Part shown: positions 56,677 to 64,000 of the stretch, piece by piece
Position numbering within the stretch: position 1 is the stretch's first letter
How the letters are laid out: every line of letters starts with the position of its first letter
Assembly (NCBI GenBank): GCA_964352425.1
Contig: CAYGRZ010000001.1
Span: forward strand, 672 to 64,671
DNA length: 64,000 bases
Direction: 5' to 3'
Source: an uncultured Planctomycetia bacterium
GTDB taxonomy: Bacteria; Omnitrophota; Gorgyraeia; 2-01-FULL-45-10
Made by a program: the position numbers and the translations under genes
The notes under the pieces: generated by a model
What the model was told of the DNA's origin: nothing
Database searches by the model: none
Seen by the model: only the letters and a program-made list of their open reading frames with translations

Positions 56677-57618
56677 ATGCTGATGAGCATCGTACTGTCC
56701 GTCCTTGCCGTAGCCCTGGCCTGCCTTGGATGTGCGGTCTTTTACCTGATGATCCGCATGAAAGATATCCAGTCGGCGCTTCAGTCGCTCGATCAGAAGC
56801 TGCCGCTCTACGACCAGATCAGGAAGCAGGCATCCGAATCGATCGAGAACCTGAACGTGCGCATCGGCAGCCTGAACCAGAAGGCCGATCAGATCTCGCA
56901 CGTGATGACCGAGGTGACGAGCCTTCGCAACCTGTTCACGATGCCCAAGGGCGCCGGCGGCGCGGGCGAGAGGCTACTCGAAAAGGCGCTCCACGACGTG
57001 CTGCCCGACGGCTCGTACCAGACACAGGTCCGCCTGAGTTCCGGGACGGTGGACTTCGTGATCAAGTTCAAGGATTGCATCGTTCCGATAGACTCGAAGC
57101 TGTCGCTCGAAGACTTCAATAAAATGCTCTCGGTTACCGACGAGGCCGCACAACGCTCCCACTGGCGCGCGTTCACAAGCGCTGTAAAGAAGAGGATAGA
57201 CGAGACCTCAAAGTATATACTGCCGAATGAGAAGACGACCGATTTCGCGCTTATGTACATCGCCTCGGAGAGCGTCTATTATGAGGCTTTCATCAAGGAC
57301 AAGCAGTTCGGCGAAGACAATACCCTGATCGATTATGCGATCAGGAAACGCGTCTATCCGACCTCGCCCCAGACGGTCTATCCCTATCTGATGACGATAT
57401 TGCAGGGGATGAAGGCGCTGAAGATAGAGGAGAATGCCAGGGATATCCTCGGCAAGGTCACGGGATTGCGGAATGATTATGAGCGGTTCAAATCAATCTA
57501 CACCATCATCATCGGACACATAGACAACGCCTATTCCAAACACAATAACGAGGCCCTGGCCGCAATGACGAAGCTTGAGGGGCACATAGCGGGCCTCGAA
57601 CACCGCAACCTCGCGTAA
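56677..57618 (+). CDS. rmuC: DNA recombination protein RmuC
   Basis: 313 aa; N-terminal TM anchor, coiled coil, RmuC domain (GERLLEKAL...VDFVIKF). Confidence 0.8.
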   Translation: MLMSIVLSVLAVALACLGCAVFYLMIRMKDIQSALQSLDQKLPLYDQIRKQASESIENLNVRIGSLNQKADQISHVMTEVTSLRNLFTMPKGAGGAGERLLEKALHDVLPDGSYQTQVRLSSGTVDFVIKFKDCIVPIDSKLSLEDFNKMLSVTDEAAQRSHWRAFTSAVKKRIDETSKYILPNEKTTDFALMYIASESVYYEAFIKDKQFGEDNTLIDYAIRKRVYPTSPQTVYPYLMTILQGMKALKIEENARDILGKVTGLRNDYERFKSIYTIIIGHIDNAYSKHNNEALAAMTKLEGHIAGLEHRNLA

Positions 57619-57663
57619 AATCTGCTTTACTTACAGCCTCTCTTATGATAAGTTAATAACCCG

Positions 57664-58635
57664 ATGCGTAAACAGCTGTCATTTATCATCCGGATCACCG
57701 TAAGCCTGGCCCTTATAATGGTATTATTATACGTTATGCGGGGCAAATACGGCCAGATACTCGATGTGCTGAAGGGCGCCAGCCTCCCGGTCTTCGGCAT
57801 AGCGTTCGCCGCGTTTATAATGGCCATAGCTACGGCCTCATTCAGGCTGATGCTGATCATAGAGGCGCAGGATATCTCCATCACCTTTATGGAGGCGCTC
57901 TCGCTTACCTTCATCGGGTACTTCTTCAACAATTTTCTCCCCACGGCCATAGGCGGCGACGTCGTCAAGGCTTACTACCTTGGCAAAAAGAGCCGTAATG
58001 CGACAGGATCTTACACCTCGGTATTCGTGGACAGGGCCATGGGCCTCTTCACGATGGTACTTATGGCATTTTTCGCGCTCCTTTTTTTCAGAGGATCCCT
58101 TGTCGATAATACAGTGCGGTATTCCGTATTCGCCATTACCGCCATCGCCGTGCTCGGCATAATCTTCATGGCCAACAAAGGCTTCGCCAGGCGCTTCTCC
58201 GTACTACTGAAGCTGGTCAAGCCGCTGGAGGAGAAGCTCATAAAGCTCTATCATGCGGTGAACAAATACCGGCACCACTGGCTCTTGATGCTGAAGACGC
58301 TCCTGATATCGGTGGTAAGCCAGCTGATGTTCTTTGCGTCCTACGGCATCCTGGCCCGGAGCATAGGCTCGCGCATAGCTTCGATCGACATCCTGGTGAG
58401 GATGCCGATAGTCAGCATGGCAAGTCTCCTGCCGTCGATAAACGGGCTCGGGGTCCGCGAGGGCGCCATGGTTGTCTTTTTCGGGCCGCTGATCGGCAAC
58501 GCGAACGCGTTTGCTGTCAGCATCCTTGCGATACTTGCCCTTCTGGTCATCAGCCTTATCGGTGGCCTGATCTACGCTTTGAGCCCGCAGTTCAAGGTAA
58601 AATTCAATGAGATAGAAAAAGGAGAGAGCGCATGA
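57664..58635 (+). CDS. Flippase-like membrane protein (lysylphosphatidylglycerol-synthase TM-region / UPF0104 family)
   Basis: 323 aa; 8 predicted TM helices; LPTAIGGDVVKAYYL motif. Confidence 0.7.
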   Translation: MRKQLSFIIRITVSLALIMVLLYVMRGKYGQILDVLKGASLPVFGIAFAAFIMAIATASFRLMLIIEAQDISITFMEALSLTFIGYFFNNFLPTAIGGDVVKAYYLGKKSRNATGSYTSVFVDRAMGLFTMVLMAFFALLFFRGSLVDNTVRYSVFAITAIAVLGIIFMANKGFARRFSVLLKLVKPLEEKLIKLYHAVNKYRHHWLLMLKTLLISVVSQLMFFASYGILARSIGSRIASIDILVRMPIVSMASLLPSINGLGVREGAMVVFFGPLIGNANAFAVSILAILALLVISLIGGLIYALSPQFKVKFNEIEKGESA

Positions 58636-58811
58636 TAGATAAAGAGCTGCTGGACATTCTCGCGTGCCCGGCGTGTAAAGCGGACGTGAAACTCGAAGGC
58701 GACAGGATCGTCTGCACGAAATGCGGCAGGCGCTACCCGGTAAAGGACGATATCCCGATCATGCTGATCGACGAGGCCGAGATGCCCGGCGAAACAAGGA
58801 AAGAGGGGTAA
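58632..58811 (+). CDS. Trm112-family small zinc-ribbon-like protein (UPF0434)
   Basis: 59 aa; LLDILACPACKADV...CTKCGRRYPVKDDIPIML; below the ORF-track cutoff; ATG overlaps the upstream stop. Confidence 0.7.
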   Translation: MIDKELLDILACPACKADVKLEGDRIVCTKCGRRYPVKDDIPIMLIDEAEMPGETRKEG

Positions 58812-58814
58812 CCG

Positions 58815-59255
58815 ATGCCGAAGATCCTGGTCATTCACGGTCCCAACCTCAATCTGCTCGGCGCCAGAGAAGTGAACGTCTACGGGAAGGTCACCATCGA
58901 TGAGATCAATAAGGATCTCGAGGCTGCCGCCAAGGCACGGGGCATGAGCCTGAAGATCGTGCAGTCAAACCATGAAGGCGAAATAGTCGAGCTGATAGGC
59001 GCGTCGAAGGGCGCGTTCGACGCGATCCTGATCAATCCGGCTGCCTACACCCATACGAGCGTTGCCATTCGCGACGCGATAAGCGCGGTCGGCGTGCCCA
59101 CGGTCGAGGTGCACCTTTCGAATATCTACAGCCGCGAAGAGTTCCGCCACACGTCGCTGATAGCTCCGGTGGCAAAGGGGCAGGTCGCGGGATTCGGCAA
59201 GATGAGTTATATTCTCGGACTGGAAGCGGCGATCGGCCTTATTGAGAAAAAATGA
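58815..59255 (+). CDS. aroQ: 3-dehydroquinate dehydratase, type II
   Basis: 146 aa; [13 protein letters not shown]...NHEG motifs. Confidence 0.95.
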   Translation: MPKILVIHGPNLNLLGAREVNVYGKVTIDEINKDLEAAAKARGMSLKIVQSNHEGEIVELIGASKGAFDAILINPAAYTHTSVAIRDAISAVGVPTVEVHLSNIYSREEFRHTSLIAPVAKGQVAGFGKMSYILGLEAAIGLIEKK

Positions 59256-60307
59256 CGGCCCCCGAATACCGGAATCGCATCGCTCTTTTAAAAAAGGAAC
59301 TGTCAGGGCGCAGGCTTGATTCGCTGCTGGTGACCGACGATACGAACGTCTCGTACATGAGCGGTTTCACGGGGCACGACTCGATGCTGCTCGTGACGCG
59401 CGGAGATGATTTCTTCATCACCGACTCGAGATATCTTGAGGAGGCGCAAGGCTCGATACGCCACTTCGATATACGCCTCGTCGAGGTTTCGGCATTCGAT
59501 ACGATCTTACGTGTCGTGAAGAAGGCCCGTCTTAAAAATGTAGGCTTTGAATCGATGGATCTGCCGTGTGCGGTGGCAGGGCGTCTGAAAAAAATACTGA
59601 AATCCGTTACGCTTACAGGCCAGAAGGACATCGTTGAAAACTTACGCGCGGTCAAGGACCGCGGCGAGATCGCCCTGATAAAGAATTCAATCCGCCTTAC
59701 GCGGAAGGTCTTAGGCGCGCTTACCGGGATGGCGAGGCCCGGCATATCGGAGAAGACGCTGGCAAAGAGATGCGAGATCGCTTTTATTGAAGCCGGCGCG
59801 AAGGCGGCGTTTGAGCCGATCGTCGCCACGGGGGCGAACGCGTCAAGGCCCCACTCAAGGCCGACCGACGGGACAATACAGAAAGACTCTTTTGTGATGA
59901 TCGATATCGGCTGCTGCCTGCAGGGGTACTGCTCCGACATGACGAGGGTGGTGACGCTCGGGCGCGTCAAAGAGAAGTTCAGGAAGATGTATTCTACGGT
60001 GCGGGCGGCGCAGGAGATCGCGATTGGAAAGGTCGGGCCCGGAGCCAGGGCATCCGACGTCGATAGCGCTGCGCGCTCGCTTATCGAGCGGCACGGTTTC
60101 GGGAAATATTTCGGCCACTCGGTGGGCCACGGCGTCGGCATGAAAGTCCATGAAGGGCCGTCGATATCGCGCATAAGCCGGACGAGGCTTGTGCCCGGGA
60201 TGGTGTTCACCGTCGAGCCGGCCATATACGTGCCGAAGTTCGGCGGAGTCAGGATAGAGGACATGGTCCTCGTGACAGACAGAGGATGCGAAGTGCTGAC
60301 ACGGTAA
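59252..60307 (+). CDS. M24 family Xaa-Pro aminopeptidase
   Basis: 351 aa; pita-bread fold metal ligands (D..D..H..E..E); creatinase-like N-terminal domain. Confidence 0.85.
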   Translation: MTAPEYRNRIALLKKELSGRRLDSLLVTDDTNVSYMSGFTGHDSMLLVTRGDDFFITDSRYLEEAQGSIRHFDIRLVEVSAFDTILRVVKKARLKNVGFESMDLPCAVAGRLKKILKSVTLTGQKDIVENLRAVKDRGEIALIKNSIRLTRKVLGALTGMARPGISEKTLAKRCEIAFIEAGAKAAFEPIVATGANASRPHSRPTDGTIQKDSFVMIDIGCCLQGYCSDMTRVVTLGRVKEKFRKMYSTVRAAQEIAIGKVGPGARASDVDSAARSLIERHGFGKYFGHSVGHGVGMKVHEGPSISRISRTRLVPGMVFTVEPAIYVPKFGGVRIEDMVLVTDRGCEVLTR

Positions 60308-60398
60308 ACAGATGTAGTCCCACGGCTGCTCCTGTTCGTCGCAGCCTTTGGGACGAATTTTGCACCATACACGACTAGGACAAAATTCGGAGGAAGCA

Positions 60399-60851
<453 letters not shown>

Positions 60852-60858
60852 GGCCCAT

Positions 60859-62208
60859 ATGTTCTCGAAGATACTGATAGCCAACAGAGGCGAAGTCGCA
60901 TTACGGATCGTACGTGCATGTAAGGAGCTCGGCATACGCACGGTCGCGGTCTATTCGGTACCGGACATACACAGCCTCCACGTTAAATATGCCGACGAGG
61001 CTATCTGTATAGGTTCCGCCGCCAGCGCGAACAGTTATCTGAACATACCGGGCATCATCAGCGCGGCCGAGATAACCGACGTCGAGGCGATACATCCCGG
61101 CTACGGATTTCTTGCCGAAGACGCGCATTTCGCCGAGATCTGCGAATCGTGCAAGATCAAGTTCATAGGCCCGACCCCCGAGAACATACGGCGCATGGGC
61201 GACAAGATGGCGGCCAAGGACAGCGCGAAGAAGGCGGGCGTGCCGACGATACCGGGTTCGAAGACCTGCGTGAAGACGAAGGAAGAGGCGATAAAGATCG
61301 CCAAGGAGATGAAGTACCCGGTCATTATAAAAGCCGCGGCGGGCGGCGGCGGAAAAGGGATGAGGGTCTGCCATAACGACGTCAGGCTGATCAGCGCATT
61401 CTTGACCGCGCAGCGCGAAGCCGAAGCCGCGTTCGGCAACCCGGACGTGTACATAGAGAAGTATATCGAGCGGCCGCGGCATATCGAGATCCAGGTGCTG
61501 GGTGATACGCGCGGCCACATCGTCCATCTCGGCGAAAGGGACTGCACGATCCAGAGGCGCCACCAGAAGCTTATCGAAGAGACCCCCTCGCCGGTACTGG
61601 ACGCGAAGCTGCGCAAGAAGATGGGCGATGCGGCAGTCAAGTGCGCCAGGGCCATCGGGTACGTCAACGCGGGGACCGTCGAGTTCCTGCTCGATGAGGA
61701 CAATTCATTCTACTTCATGGAGATGAACACCCGCATACAGGTCGAGCATCCGATCACCGAGATGGTCACCGGCATCGACCTCGTGAAAGAACAGATCAGG
61801 ATAGCCTCGGGGGAGAAGATATCCTACAAGCAGGATGACATCAAATTCAACGGCTGCGCGATCGAGTGCCGCATCAACGCCGAAGACCCCGATAACGATT
61901 TCATGCCGTGCCCCGGCAAGATAAGCGTCTTCAACGCCCCCGGCGGCCGGGGGGTGAGGCTCGATACGCACGCCTACCAGGGCTACGAGATATCGCCGTA
62001 CTACGATTCGATGATAGGCAAGCTGATCGTCCACGGCAAGAACAGGGCCGAGGCGATCAGTATTGCGAAGAGGGCGCTCGACGAATTTACGATAGAGCCG
62101 ATAAAGACGACCATTTCGTTCCATAAACGGGTTATGAACAACCCGGCGTTCCTGAGGGGAAGGTTCTCGACCGATTTCGTAGAGAGGCTTTTCGAAAAGA
62201 AAGATTAG
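60859..62208 (+). CDS. accC: Acetyl-CoA carboxylase biotin carboxylase subunit
   Basis: 449 aa; ATP-grasp; typical AccC motifs. Confidence 0.95.
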   Translation: MFSKILIANRGEVALRIVRACKELGIRTVAVYSVPDIHSLHVKYADEAICIGSAASANSYLNIPGIISAAEITDVEAIHPGYGFLAEDAHFAEICESCKIKFIGPTPENIRRMGDKMAAKDSAKKAGVPTIPGSKTCVKTKEEAIKIAKEMKYPVIIKAAAGGGGKGMRVCHNDVRLISAFLTAQREAEAAFGNPDVYIEKYIERPRHIEIQVLGDTRGHIVHLGERDCTIQRRHQKLIEETPSPVLDAKLRKKMGDAAVKCARAIGYVNAGTVEFLLDEDNSFYFMEMNTRIQVEHPITEMVTGIDLVKEQIRIASGEKISYKQDDIKFNGCAIECRINAEDPDNDFMPCPGKISVFNAPGGRGVRLDTHAYQGYEISPYYDSMIGKLIVHGKNRAEAISIAKRALDEFTIEPIKTTISFHKRVMNNPAFLRGRFSTDFVERLFEKKD

Positions 62209-62226
62209 CACTAAGGAGGAGTCCGC

Positions 62227-62619
62227 ATGGCAAGCGACACGTCACACAGGGACAGGGCGACGGACCTCGGCGTCGTCAGGATCAATAACGACGCGATCAC
62301 GACCATCGCGTCGATAGCGGCGATGGAGGTCAGTGGCGTCTATAAGATGGGGGCAGGTTCGAGAAAAAATATCCGCGACTTCTTCTGCCGCAAGTACAGC
62401 TCCCGGGGCGTCAGGATCGATATGAAGGAGAGCGAGATCAGGCTCATCGTTTCCATTGTGGTCGAATACGGCATGGACATACCCCGTATTGCAGACGAGG
62501 TCCAGGATTGCGTGAAACGGGCCGTCGAGAAGATGACGGGTCTTATAATGTCAGAGGTCGACGTCGTGGTCGAAGGCGTGCGCGCTCCGGCGCTTGACAA
62601 AGACAAGAAAGGGGTCTAG
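62227..62619 (+). CDS. Asp23/Gls24 family (alkaline shock protein) envelope stress protein
   Basis: 130 aa; Asp23 family pattern. Confidence 0.85.
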   Translation: MASDTSHRDRATDLGVVRINNDAITTIASIAAMEVSGVYKMGAGSRKNIRDFFCRKYSSRGVRIDMKESEIRLIVSIVVEYGMDIPRIADEVQDCVKRAVEKMTGLIMSEVDVVVEGVRAPALDKDKKGV

Positions 62620-62621
62620 CG

Positions 62622-63233
62622 ATGAGATTTTTGGGCGGATTGACGTTGTTCTTTTACACGATGGTGTTCCTTATGGTCGGCGGCCTCCTCATATCGGTAG
62701 CGCTGAACCTGGTATCGCAGGAGTCCGTCCTTGAGACCCTGAACACGATCTACGCGACGCAGAACACACGCCTCGTCATGGGCATCACGGGGTTCCTGAT
62801 CATCTTCATCAGCATAATGGTCGTCCAGGTGACGGTGGGCAAGATACAGAGGGAGAAGACGATCGCATTCGAGAACCCTGACGGCCAGGTCACGATATCC
62901 TTAAGCGCGATAGAGGATTTCATAAAGAGGGCCCTGAAACAGCTGCCCGAAGTAAAAGAGCTTAAGCCGTTCGTCAGGGCGGGCAAGAAAGGCATCACGA
63001 TAATCAACCGTGTGATACTGTTCTCGGACATCAACATTCCGGAGACGACAGAGAAGATACAGAACCTCGTCAAGACGCGCGTCCAGGACATGCTGGGCGT
63101 CGAGGAGCCGATCAGCATCAGGGTGCATGTGACGAAGATCGTCCACAAAGAAGAGGCCGCAAAAAACGTGAAGAAGGATGACAAGCCCCAGCCACCGACA
63201 TTCAGGGGCAGCATAGAGTACGGAAGCTATTAA
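62622..63233 (+). CDS. amaP: Alkaline shock response membrane anchor protein AmaP-like
   Basis: 203 aa; N-terminal TM helices; typical Asp23 partner directly downstream. Confidence 0.65.
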   Translation: MRFLGGLTLFFYTMVFLMVGGLLISVALNLVSQESVLETLNTIYATQNTRLVMGITGFLIIFISIMVVQVTVGKIQREKTIAFENPDGQVTISLSAIEDFIKRALKQLPEVKELKPFVRAGKKGITIINRVILFSDINIPETTEKIQNLVKTRVQDMLGVEEPISIRVHVTKIVHKEEAAKNVKKDDKPQPPTFRGSIEYGSY

Positions 63234-63243
63234 GGAGGGGATC

Positions 63244-64000
63244 ATGGAAAGGATTGGAGTGCTGACCGGGGGCGGCGATTGCCCCGGCCTCAACGCGGTG
63301 ATACGGGCGGTCGTGACGAAGGCCTCCCAGAACAACATCAAAGTCATAGGCATAAAGAACGGGTGGAAGGGCCTTGTGGAGGCAGATACCATAGATCTCG
63401 GCCCCGACGCGGTATCGGATATCCTGCCGAAGGGCGGCACGATACTCGGCACATCCAGGACGAATCCCTACAAAAAGCCGGAAGACCTGCAGAAGGTGAT
63501 CGATAATTACAAAAAGCTGAAACTCGACGCGCTGATCGCGATCGGCGGCGAGGATACGCTCGGCGTCGCGAACAAGTTGAACAAAGAGAAGAAGGGCGTC
63601 AATATCGTCGGCTGCCCGAAGACCATCGATAACGACCTGAACGCGACTGACTACACGTTCGGCTTCGACACCGCCGTCAACATCGCGATGGAGGCGATCG
63701 ACAGGCTCCACACGACGGCTGAGAGCCACCACAGGGTCATGGTAGCCGAAGTGATGGGAAGGCACGCGGGCTGGATCGCGCTTCACTCCGGGATCGCGTC
63801 GAGCGCGAACGTTGTCCTTATACCCGAATTCCCGATCGATCTCGACGAGGTCTGCGCCATATTGAAGAAACGCAAGGAAAACGGAAAGCTGTATTCGATC
63901 GTCGTCGTCGCCGAAGGCGCCCGGTTGAAGGCCGCCCAGGCAGTCCTGAAGAAAGAAAAGCTCGACGCGTTCGGCCATGTCCTCCTCGGCGGCATCGGCG
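63244..64000 (+). CDS. pfkA: ATP-dependent 6-phosphofructokinase (3' end beyond window)
   Basis: MERIGVLTGGGDCPGLNAVIRAVV..., GGDGS-like GGEDTL, TIDNDL, MGRHAGW motifs; ORF runs off the window end. Confidence 0.9.
   Translation, partial: MERIGVLTGGGDCPGLNAVIRAVVTKASQNNIKVIGIKNGWKGLVEADTIDLGPDAVSDILPKGGTILGTSRTNPYKKPEDLQKVIDNYKKLKLDALIAIGGEDTLGVANKLNKEKKGVNIVGCPKTIDNDLNATDYTFGFDTAVNIAMEAIDRLHTTAESHHRVMVAEVMGRHAGWIALHSGIASSANVVLIPEFPIDLDEVCAILKKRKENGKLYSIVVVAEGARLKAAQAVLKKEKLDAFGHVLLGGIG

Overview
This is a compact, high-GC (about 58-62%) bacterial chromosomal segment with strong coding-strand bias. About 70 of 74 predicted genes are on the + strand. Only four genes are on the - strand: a response regulator, an XRE-cupin regulator, rpmB and plsC. 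Long antisense ORFs are treated as shadow ORFs.

Most content is housekeeping:
- recG, rsmD, coaD, pta, ackA
- rpmF-plsX-fabH-fabD
- rubrerythrin, gpsA, tRNA-Pro(GGG)
- a threonine/isoleucine block: hom-thrC-(apgM-like homoserine kinase analog)-lysC-cimA-ACT
- valS, nadC, uvrB, birA-coaX, efp, maf, pgi, glgP
- rpsU, aroQ, accB-accC, Asp23-AmaP, pfkA (partial at the window end)

The less ordinary spots are:
1. A radical-SAM/SPASM-like ORF contiguous in frame with a signal-anchored glutaminyl-cyclase-like beta-propeller (12229-13866).
2. A 5' half-copy of tRNA-Pro plus about 160 nt of strongly structured RNA/DNA immediately upstream of the intact tRNA-Pro (15586-15778).
3. A roughly 700-bp non-coding island (36084-36781) with a strong promoter driving a lysine-codon-rich mini-ORF and terminator, REP-like GTAG palindromes, and a multi-hairpin candidate sRNA.
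4. A lower-GC aldolase cluster (HMGL-like aldolase, Eda, ornithine cyclodeaminase family) followed by a DEDDh exonuclease fused to a WYL ligand-sensing domain (37541-40908).
5. A REC-GGDEF(GGDDF)-MshEN c-di-GMP protein next to an internally shortened DHH/NrnA-like gene.

No CRISPR array, intact mobile element or rRNA was seen. All functional calls are from motif and family recognition in the translated ORFs; no database search was possible.
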